Below the pieces are notes generated by a model. The model ran no database searches and was not told the origin of the DNA. It was given only the letters and a program-made list of their open reading frames with translations. This document shows, in pieces, positions 1-7,109 of a DNA stretch of 10,502 nucleotides. The DNA is from Oligoflexales bacterium (GTDB lineage Bacteria; Bdellovibrionota_B; Oligoflexia; Oligoflexales; Bog-1112), in the NCBI GenBank assembly GCA_045105515.1, contig JBGCDR010000041.1, positions 1 through 10,502 on the forward strand, in the 5' to 3' direction. Made by a program: the position numbers and the translations under genes. How positions within the stretch are numbered: position 1 is the first letter of the stretch; every line of letters begins with the position of its first letter.

Positions 1-107
1 TTTAATCATAGCATGTTGATATTACATATATATTATATGGCGGTTTTTTCTGTTTTTACATCATATCTTTTGCGGTTTCAGTGATTATACATGGAAAGTA
101 GGTGTTA

Positions 108-294
108 ATGGGAGCTTAATCTTCGTCTTGCCAGTAATAAACAACACCTAATAGCAAAGCATCTCTTCGCCGAGCTGACTGAATATGGAGTTGAAATCCT
201 CCGGTTTGATGGATCAATTTGGAGAGCTGTACCTGATCAAGAATCTATAAAGAGAATCTTGAAATCATTCAATTTAGCTGCCAATAATTTATAA
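108..294 (+). pseudogene. Possible gene remnant or frameshifted ~62-aa ORF, resembling the C-terminal half of DUF6824 (alternative: D5_N-type primase fragment)
   Basis: Frame 109-294 is open: WELNLRLASNKQHLIAKHLFAELTEYGVEILRFDGSIWRAVPDQESIKRILKSFNLAANNL*. An ATG at 108, preceded by AGGTG, is out of frame by one base. Removing one G from ATGGGAG gives MELNLR.... The LIA..L...L...G...L..D...W..V.D.....R pattern was recognised by eye only. Confidence 0.3.
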
Positions 295-302
295 TTATCC
301 AC

Positions 303-333
303 TTGATTTTAAGTTTGAATAATAGGGTATAAT
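303..333 (+). promoter_or_regulatory. Possible sigma70-type promoter of the HA-domain gene
   Basis: TTGATT (303-308) and a perfect TATAAT (328-333) lie 20 nt before ATG 354. The 19-bp spacer is long and the background is AT-rich. Confidence 0.3.
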
Positions 334-353
334 CAATAAAATAAGGCTTAAAA

Positions 354-971
354 ATGAAGAAACTGATTTTAATTGCATTCGTAATGTTTGAAGGTTTACT
401 ATTAGCTAATAATCAATCTGATACTAGATTCAAATCTTTCCAAATTGATAGCTGGAATACCCGCTATAATGAACTTTTGAAATTTTATCAGATTTATCAG
501 CATGTAAATGTGCCTCACACCTATCCCGCAAACCCTCAACTCGCCAGGTGGGTAAAGCGTCAAAGACGACAGCACAAACTTTTAGAAGAAGGTCATTCAT
601 CGACACTCAGCTTTGAGCGTTTCAATCGACTCAATGATATTGGTTTTATATGGAATTCTCATGAACAGAAGTGGCAAGAGATGTACAGGCAATTAAGAGA
701 TTTTTCCATCAACAACGGTCATTGCAATGTTTCATCCAACAACCCCAATAAAAAACTAGCTACTTGGGTAAAATGCCAACGAAGACAATACAAGCAATTA
801 ATGTCTAAAAAATGCAGCTCTATGAGCCAAAGTCGTATTGAACAACTAGAAAGCATTGGTTTTATCTGGAATGGCAAATTAACCAATAATATCGAAAATC
901 AGCTAACAGAAGACGATTTAAGGTATTTCTCCCATGAGTGGGAAAATGACCCATTAAACTTGTTAGAATGA
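354..971 (+). CDS. Signal-peptide protein with two tandem helicase-associated (HA, PF03457-type) domains and no helicase
   Basis: N-terminus MKKLILIAFVMFEGLLLA|N is Sec-like. Two repeats of W...Y..L..F....H.NV......LA.WVK.QRRQ.K......S......R...L..IGFIWN at aa 34-101 and 107-173 (nt about 453-656 and 672-872). Confidence 0.9.
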   Translation: MKKLILIAFVMFEGLLLANNQSDTRFKSFQIDSWNTRYNELLKFYQIYQHVNVPHTYPANPQLARWVKRQRRQHKLLEEGHSSTLSFERFNRLNDIGFIWNSHEQKWQEMYRQLRDFSINNGHCNVSSNNPNKKLATWVKCQRRQYKQLMSKKCSSMSQSRIEQLESIGFIWNGKLTNNIENQLTEDDLRYFSHEWENDPLNLLE

Positions 972-982
972 ATAGTCTAGCT

Positions 983-1717
983 TTAATTTAAACTAGGTTC
1001 ATTGGGTTCTATATTTCTTGGCATGTCAGAAGGGATGGAAAGAAGATTTTGAGCATAATCTCCTCCTAATTCACCTTCATACCGATAAACATATGCAGAA
1101 TCTACATACATCAACTTACTATTCTGATTTTTAGAAGTAAATTTTAACTTGAATGAAAACTGGATATCGTCTTCGTTACCTGCAAATGGAACGACCAATA
1201 TTTTAGAAGGAAATTGAAGAGATTTCTTTGAAATCTCACCAGCAATATCAACCCAGCCATCAGAACTAGATTCAGGATTCGCTTCAACTTCCATGACAGC
1301 TTCAAAACGATCTGGATTTGCAAGTTCCTGAGACAATTCAAACTCAGAAGCTTCAATATCAATCAATGCAACATTCCTTAAACCACCACTAACATGATAG
1401 AAAATCTTGATCAGTTTCCCTGTCTTATTTTTTATTGATAAAGAAGAACGGAAGGAAACACCCCAAATACTGAATGAACTCTCATTAATCTCGGGAATGA
1501 TATAAGTACCATCTTCATTTACATTTATATTGATTTCATTACTTTTGATCGTTCCACCCCATCCATTTTGAATGGACCAAAAATACTCTACTGCAAGTTC
1601 GCTTGTTTTTAGATTGGTATAGTTGCTAATTTTGTAGTGCCTTGCCGGCTGTTGAAACCTTTCGGCCATTAAGGTGGAAGAAAACACTGAAAGATAAACC
1701 AATAACAAATATCTCAT
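983..1717 (-). CDS. Secreted hypothetical protein, 244 aa, probably beta-rich
   Basis: Start moved from 1777 to ATG 1717, which has a strong AGGAGG site upstream (1724-1729) and begins the signal peptide MRYLLLVYLSVFSSTLMA|E. No family recognised. Confidence 0.8.
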   Translation of the reverse strand: MRYLLLVYLSVFSSTLMAERFQQPARHYKISNYTNLKTSELAVEYFWSIQNGWGGTIKSNEININVNEDGTYIIPEINESSFSIWGVSFRSSLSIKNKTGKLIKIFYHVSGGLRNVALIDIEASEFELSQELANPDRFEAVMEVEANPESSSDGWVDIAGEISKKSLQFPSKILVVPFAGNEDDIQFSFKLKFTSKNQNSKLMYVDSAYVYRYEGELGGDYAQNLLSIPSDMPRNIEPNEPSLN

Positions 1718-1935
1718 ACAATCCCTCCTACATTCTTTTTTTATAATTATAACCTGCCAATATACTAACCGTTTCATCTGTTATTACAACTCATACTCAA
1801 TTATGGCTGATTAATTCACAAACAATGCAGTCTACAAATTTTTTGTGGCGATTTTACTTCTGTTGGCATTGGGAGCTGATATGAGATAGAAGCATGGCTT
1901 TATTAAATCGTTTCAAGATAATTAGGTGGCTCAAA

Positions 1936-2115
1936 TTATCCACTGCTCAAGTATGATATTAGGCCAATAATAATAGGCAGCAAGACAAGAAAAATAATCA
2001 ATGCGATTCGATTTTTATTAGGTTTATCCTTGAGAGCCTTTGGCATTATCTGAGAATTCTGAATGGTTTTCGTGAGAGAAAACTTGTCATTATTCTGGTT
2101 TTCAGGCTTGTTCAT
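1936..2115 (-). CDS. Small 59-aa protein with one C-terminal transmembrane helix (not in the ORF track)
   Basis: ATG 2115 to TAA 1936: MNKPENQNNDKFSLTKTIQNSQIMPKALKDKPNKNRIALIIFLVLLPIIIGLISYLSSG*. Polar and basic N-terminus followed by about 20 hydrophobic residues. Co-oriented with both flanking genes. Ribosome-binding site is weak. Confidence 0.6.
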   Translation of the reverse strand: MNKPENQNNDKFSLTKTIQNSQIMPKALKDKPNKNRIALIIFLVLLPIIIGLISYLSSG

Positions 2116-2138
2116 CTAGAATCTCGGTAGTATTTACT

Positions 2139-2159
2139 TTTGCCAATTAAATTGACAAA
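2139..2159. repeat. Imperfect inverted repeat, possible operator or hairpin
   Basis: TTTGCCAAT-TAA-ATTGACAAA with one mismatch (a G-U pair on the minus strand), between the cyclin stop and the small ORF start. Confidence 0.3.
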
Positions 2160-2237
2160 TTACGAAATAATTATAGCACGATTCTTGATGAAATCCATCG
2201 AAACTCTCATTTGCTCTGCAAGGCAATTGAGACCAAA

Positions 2238-3218
2238 CTAAGCTCCTGTATTTGTTTCGTTAACAAGGTGCAACCGACTTCTCAGCTCAACAATTTCAGT
2301 GGAATCAATTTCAAGACCAAATTCTCTTGCTGCATTTTGGTAAAACTGGTTTTTGCTATCATCATCGAGTTTTAAAGTATAGCGAAATCTCTTATGGTTA
2401 TACTCATAATAGTCAAAGTAAGTACGTTCTATAGCATTAACTAGGGCCGCAAATGCCACTGACGCAGCTGGAAATGTTATAAAAAACGACTCATGCTGCG
2501 ATAACTCTGTAACAAAAAGTGCATTCTGATAAATTGGAGTTCCCAAAGAACTATTAGTATTTATAAGTTTCATAAATCTTAAAAGGTAATCGTCTTCAAG
2601 AGGCGGATTAAGCCAATACTCCAAAGACTCCATGATCTTCAGTTCTTCTTCAGCGATGCGCTTGGAGTCAAACTTTCCCCTGCTAAGTTCAGCCATTGCT
2701 TCAATACCAACCCTCCGAGGTTCCTGAGTTTTGAAAGCAAAATAAAGTGCTGTTGTCGCCGCCAATTGGAATTCTTCTTTAGTGCTAATTTTAGTTTCCG
2801 CCAAATAACGATCCAATATTTTAATGGCAAAAGCTACAACTTTACGATTGATATCAAAGTGGTCCACAACCTGAAAAGCCCACTCACAAATTTTTTCCCT
2901 CCAAAGAGGTGTAATTTGTGACACAGATTCGCCAGAGGAATCACTATCGTAAGTGTCCTCTGGAAAGTAGTATTCAACGAGGTATGTTTCTGATTCCCGC
3001 CTCTGCATAACCTTAATTTGCTCAATCACCATTTCTCGATCAATTTTCATACTCTGCTCTACTGACATTTCCCCATAACCGATTGTATCAGGTTGTTCTG
3101 CTGATATTTCCGCAAAAGCGCTTGTATCAGTCAGTTCTTCTGGCATTTCCCCAAAAGAGTTTGTATTGGTAAAGGTGACACATAAAAAAAGCAGAATTAA
3201 AAAGGATTTCACAAACAC
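2238..3218 (-). CDS. Signal-peptide-bearing eukaryotic-type cyclin (Cyclin_N plus Cyclin_C), similar to diatom-specific cyclins
   Basis: GTG start with GAGG upstream (3229-3232). Signal peptide MFVKSFLILLFLCVTFTNTNSFG|E. Cyclin box motifs: WREKICEW (MRAIL-helix equivalent), LDRYL, FQLAATTALYFAFKTQEP (Lys163), IAEEELKIMESLEYWLNPP (Glu192). Second fold: LFVTELSQHESFFITFPAASVAFAALVNA. Confidence 0.92.
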   Translation of the reverse strand: MFVKSFLILLFLCVTFTNTNSFGEMPEELTDTSAFAEISAEQPDTIGYGEMSVEQSMKIDREMVIEQIKVMQRRESETYLVEYYFPEDTYDSDSSGESVSQITPLWREKICEWAFQVVDHFDINRKVVAFAIKILDRYLAETKISTKEEFQLAATTALYFAFKTQEPRRVGIEAMAELSRGKFDSKRIAEEELKIMESLEYWLNPPLEDDYLLRFMKLINTNSSLGTPIYQNALFVTELSQHESFFITFPAASVAFAALVNAIERTYFDYYEYNHKRFRYTLKLDDDSKNQFYQNAAREFGLEIDSTEIVELRSRLHLVNETNTGA

Positions 3219-3564
3219 TAAACATTTTCCTCAATAGCTAACACACAAATTAAGTAATCAATCCCCCCAGTTCTTACGAAAATATGTGGGTTTTTACAAG
3301 CAATAATTCCTTATGAATCCATAAAAACACCTTGTAACAAGCTATTATTTAACACCTATTCTTCCTATTTAATTCTCAATATAGGCTCTGAACACGACCT
3401 AAGTAGGATTCAAGGATTGTTTTTACCACATCTAAGGCTTACTTTACAATTTCCGTCGTTCACTGTTGATAGGCATGAGAATTCATTATTTAAACTTGCG
3501 AAATGTTAGATAAATGAGGAAGATAAAACCGCCTTTTTTTGAGTTCATTATTGAGGTAATCCTG

Positions 3565-4605
3565 ATGCTCAACTATTTTTTGTTTTTTCTTTTAGCTATT
3601 TTTCCCTTATTTGTATATGGAACAGAACCCGAGAATAAGCCCCCAATACTCGAAATAGCAGATGATCTGACTTTCAGAATTTTCGGCTTTCTCAAAGAAG
3701 AAGAGCTTGTTGATTATAGCGAAAGCAATAAATCCAGTCATAGATTGTTTGGTGCATATGTATCCTCACCTGTAGATAGTCCAAATGGACAGAACTTACG
3801 TAAATCCAGTTATTTTCACATAGTGGTCGAAAATGACCTTTGTTTATTTTTAAATGAATATCTGAAAAAAAAACAGCACACTCCGATATCAACGATTGAA
3901 AATATTGTCGAACTTTCTAAAAAATTTCCCAATATCTTATTAGAAATTTTACTAAAAGCTGATCCAAAAAACCATAAACAAAGCTATGCCCAGCTCGAGT
4001 ATTTCTTCAATACCACTTTTGCTATGGATAGGATAATTTCTCATTTACCTGCATTTAAATCTAACCATGAGAACTTAGCAAGTGTGCTAATTGAATTATT
4101 AACTTGGACACACATTTGGTGGAGTAAGGCAAGAGAAACTGTAATCAAAGAAATAAAAGAACAATTAGACGACCATCTGGCACAAGATATAAGCCTTCAA
4201 ACCTTCGATCAGCTGAATCTCATAATCGAGCAAAGAGCTGGTGGACACATAAGAGACCAATTATGGGATCAAGTTTGGGACAAAGTTGGCAATGAATTAG
4301 ATATATTTATCTGGGATACAGCATTCCAAATTGAGCAACTAAATTCGAACCCTTCTGTGATAACTCTTAAGCACTTCCCTTTTCTCTTAGCGCATAAACA
4401 AGGAACGCTAGACGAGATGGTGAGATCGGCTATGGATTATAGCTTCATGATGTACCAAATGGAAAATATTGTGCTTAGAAATTCGGAATTCTTTCTTGAA
4501 CAACATAGAAATCTAGCTAACACTATTTTATTTAATTTGCCTTCTAAACAGATTAAAGATGCTCTAAGATCCATAATGCCCCCCCAAAACCAAACCATTT
4601 TTTAG
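3565..4605 (+). CDS. Signal-peptide protein with an N-terminal F-box-like motif and an unknown helical C-terminal region
   Basis: Start moved from 3514 to ATG 3565, which has GAGGT at 3553-3557. Signal peptide MLNYFLFFLLAIFPLFVYG|T, then ILEIADDLTFRIFGFLKEEELVDYSESNKSSHRL, which fits the F-box hydrophobic spacing in divergent form. The CDS is solid. The F-box call is about 0.5. Confidence 0.75.
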   Translation: MLNYFLFFLLAIFPLFVYGTEPENKPPILEIADDLTFRIFGFLKEEELVDYSESNKSSHRLFGAYVSSPVDSPNGQNLRKSSYFHIVVENDLCLFLNEYLKKKQHTPISTIENIVELSKKFPNILLEILLKADPKNHKQSYAQLEYFFNTTFAMDRIISHLPAFKSNHENLASVLIELLTWTHIWWSKARETVIKEIKEQLDDHLAQDISLQTFDQLNLIIEQRAGGHIRDQLWDQVWDKVGNELDIFIWDTAFQIEQLNSNPSVITLKHFPFLLAHKQGTLDEMVRSAMDYSFMMYQMENIVLRNSEFFLEQHRNLANTILFNLPSKQIKDALRSIMPPQNQTIF

Positions 4606-4676
4606 TTGAAAGCTATTTACAGGTTATTAGAAATAATACTTTTTCCGTGCAGAAAGAAAATTCTTTGAATAACCCT

Positions 4677-6821
4677 TTATCCAAAGGAGCCTAAATTATT
4701 GCTCCATTTTGTTAGGGCGCTGCTTAGTTTTGACCGGTATATTGGTTTGGACATATAGTCATTCATACCCACTTCAAGGCACTTTTCTTCATCACTAAGC
4801 ATAGCATTTGCTGTCATAGCAATAATAATTGGTTGGCGATTCAAATTTAATTGGCGGATCAACTTTGTGGCTTCATATCCATCCATGACCGGCATCTGAC
4901 AGTCCATAAAAATCAGGTCATAGGTGTTCTGCTCTACCATTGCAACCGCCTGTTTTCCATTAACTGCTGTGTGACAATTAATTTTGAATTTTTCGAGAAA
5001 AGAAAGTGCCAACTCCCGATTAATAAGGCTATCCTCAACCAACAAAACACTTAACTCGGGAAACTTTATTTCTTCTGGATTTTTCATTATTTCATTTGTC
5101 TCTAAATTATCTACAGCATTTAATTCAAGCTCAAAGTAAAAATGACAACCAGTTCCGAGGGTACTCTTTACCTCTATTTTACTAGCAAATAGCTTTGCCA
5201 GTTTTTGAGATATGGACAATCCCAATCCTGTCCCACCAAATTTTCTTGTGGTGGAAGCATCTGCTTGAGTAAAATCTGCAAACACGTTGCTTAGCTCTTT
5301 CTCAGCAATCCCAATTCCGTCATCCTCTACTGCAAAAAAGACTTTATGCTTGCCAGGTCTCAAAGCTCTGCTTTTCACCCGAAGAATTACCAGACCATTC
5401 TGTGTAAACTTTATAGCATTGCTAACCAAATTGGTGAGAATCTGAGCTAAGCGGTTTGAATCTGAGCTCACAAACCTTGGCGTCCCTTCTTCAATTTCTA
5501 GATGAAAGTCTATACTTTTTTCAAGAGCTCGTGCTTCAAACAATTGATAAATAAATTTAAGCTGCTTGTGAAGATCAAATGGCTGCATATCAAGAGACAT
5601 AATTCCTGCATTGATTTTGGATATATCCATAATGTCATTAAGTATTTTCATCATCGTCTCCCCAGATTGGATGATGGTTGACACTATTTTTTCTTGAGCT
5701 GAGTCTAAATTTTGATCTAGGAGTAAATCTGCATTACCTAGTACCCCATTCATAGGAGTACGGATTTCATGACTCATGTTAGCTAAAAACTGAGATTTTG
5801 CTGTACTAGCCTTCACAGCTTCTTCCTTCGCTAATAGTAATTTATGCTCGTTAGCTTTCTTTTCGGTAATATCTTGAATAGTTCCTCTGAGGCTTTTAGA
5901 TCCTTCAGAATCAATAGATACGGTGCCCACGGTTTTTATCCATATATTTTTTCCACTTCTGGTGATAAAGGGAAGATCCAAATTCCAACCTTCATCATAT
6001 TCAATTGCTTTTTGCAGTGCTAAAGTAAAGGTAGGTCTTGCTTCTTCAGCATAAAAACTAACTGCGTCAGCAACATTAATTTTTTCCCCGATTGGTAACT
6101 CATGAATGCGATAAGCTTGGTCACTCCACCAGAATTCTCCGGTTTCGGCTTTAAGGGACCAACCACCAATTTTAGCTAATCTGTTTGTTTCATTTAAGAG
6201 ATTCTCTACCTCTTCTTTTTTACTTAATGTTTCCTTTAGTATCTCTTTCGCATCAATCAAAGTGGATTCAAAATATTCTCGATATTTTTCAAAGTAATAT
6301 GAAATCGCTCCACAAAGAAAGATAGAAAATGCATGAAAGATGGCACCCATAATATCCGAGCTATTAGGTCCTTCAACACTTGCTCCCTCTAGAGCTCTAA
6401 TCAATATAAGATCCATTGCTGCCGCAAACATGCCTATCAATAGGGAAGCGCCAAATGCAAACTGTTTACCGAGAAAAAAAACATAGGCCATTGGCAAAAC
6501 TGAATACCACCAAACAGAAGTCTGACCATCTGAATGAATAAAATATTGATTTACAGGTATTACAATGGATACAAATGAGAGCAACAGAATTGCAGAAGTT
6601 TTATAAGATTGCTTACGCAAAACGAGCCGAACGAAAATAAAATAAGCTAAACATAAAGCAGCGACTACCACGCCTTCAATAGACATATCAAAGACTAGTG
6701 AAACGCATAATGATAGAAATGTTACAATTATGGAAAGATTTAAGGCTGAGGAGAAAATCGCCTCACGAAACTTGTTGTAAGGTTGATTATCTTTAAGTTC
6801 GTGATTCACCATAATATCCAT
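4677..6821 (-). CDS. Membrane hybrid sensor histidine kinase/response regulator (multi-TM, PAS, HisKA, HATPase_c, REC)
   Basis: About 5-6 TM helices. PAS/PAC segment IGGWSL...WWSDQAYRIHEL...GTIQDITEKK. H-box FLANMSHEIRTPMNGV, N-box QILTNLVSNAIKFT, G1 DDGIGI, G2 GGTGLGLSIS. Receiver VEDSLIN, FMDCQMP, AMTANA, SKP. Confidence 0.97.
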   Translation of the reverse strand: MDIMVNHELKDNQPYNKFREAIFSSALNLSIIVTFLSLCVSLVFDMSIEGVVVAALCLAYFIFVRLVLRKQSYKTSAILLLSFVSIVIPVNQYFIHSDGQTSVWWYSVLPMAYVFFLGKQFAFGASLLIGMFAAAMDLILIRALEGASVEGPNSSDIMGAIFHAFSIFLCGAISYYFEKYREYFESTLIDAKEILKETLSKKEEVENLLNETNRLAKIGGWSLKAETGEFWWSDQAYRIHELPIGEKINVADAVSFYAEEARPTFTLALQKAIEYDEGWNLDLPFITRSGKNIWIKTVGTVSIDSEGSKSLRGTIQDITEKKANEHKLLLAKEEAVKASTAKSQFLANMSHEIRTPMNGVLGNADLLLDQNLDSAQEKIVSTIIQSGETMMKILNDIMDISKINAGIMSLDMQPFDLHKQLKFIYQLFEARALEKSIDFHLEIEEGTPRFVSSDSNRLAQILTNLVSNAIKFTQNGLVILRVKSRALRPGKHKVFFAVEDDGIGIAEKELSNVFADFTQADASTTRKFGGTGLGLSISQKLAKLFASKIEVKSTLGTGCHFYFELELNAVDNLETNEIMKNPEEIKFPELSVLLVEDSLINRELALSFLEKFKINCHTAVNGKQAVAMVEQNTYDLIFMDCQMPVMDGYEATKLIRQLNLNRQPIIIAMTANAMLSDEEKCLEVGMNDYMSKPIYRSKLSSALTKWSNNLGSFG

Positions 6822-6844
6822 GTCTTATAAAACCGTTACATCTG

Positions 6845-6873
6845 TCATCGGCGGGGAAAAAAATAAATCTTAG
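6845..6873 (-). promoter_or_regulatory. Putative sigma28 (FliA/SigD) promoter of the hybrid kinase
   Basis: Minus strand reads CTAAG-N16-GCCGATGA, ending 23 nt before ATG 6821. The spacer is slightly long and contains a poly-T run. Confidence 0.55.
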
Positions 6874-7059
6874 TACTTTTATTCCAAACTAAGTACAGAC
6901 GTAATATCAGAAAGCTTAAACCTTTAATATCCTGCTTGCTCTCTTGCTTTCTTGGTAAAATTACCATCAAAGAAACTTAGCGGTGCTTGATAAACAAACA
7001 AGCCATGCCAACTGGATATTTTTTGTAAATAAAACCATATTTTTTGGTGCAATTTAATT

Positions 7060-7109
7060 TTGATGATAAAATATCAACAATATTCATCCTTACAAAGAGG
7101 ATGATTTTT
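7060..7109. repeat. Two adjacent inverted repeats in a divergent intergenic region
   Basis: TTGATGATA-AAA-TATCAACAA (7060-7080, one mismatch) and TCATCCT-N7-AGGATGA (7084-7104) followed by TTTTT. Confidence 0.4.

Noticed and set aside
354..971. Calling the HA-domain gene a helicase
   Set aside because: It has no Walker A or DExD/H motifs and is only 205 aa.
1144..1362. 72-aa ORF
   Set aside because: Alternate-frame ORF nested in the secreted protein gene, with no independent evidence.
1718..1777. Upstream start given by the ORF track
   Set aside because: ATG 1717 has AGGAGG and places the signal peptide at the N-terminus.
2639..3025. Two 63-aa ORFs
   Set aside because: Alternate-frame shadows inside the cyclin gene.
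2238..3218. TFIIB/TFB or Rb-pocket instead of cyclin
   Set aside because: No zinc ribbon is present, and the LDRYL, QL...AL..A.K..E and E..I...L.Y.L.PP motifs are those of true cyclins.
3514..3564. Upstream start of the F-box-like gene
   Set aside because: ATG 3565 has a GAGGT site and gives a canonical signal peptide.
3692..3892. 66-aa antisense ORF
   Set aside because: Shadow of the 3565-4605 gene.
4851..5054. 67-aa antisense ORF
   Set aside because: Shadow of the hybrid kinase receiver domain.
6920..7055. Short minus-strand frame of about 42 codons (..WHGLFVYQAPLSFFDGNFTKKAREQAGY*)
   Set aside because: TTG start only, no ribosome-binding site and no recognisable motif.
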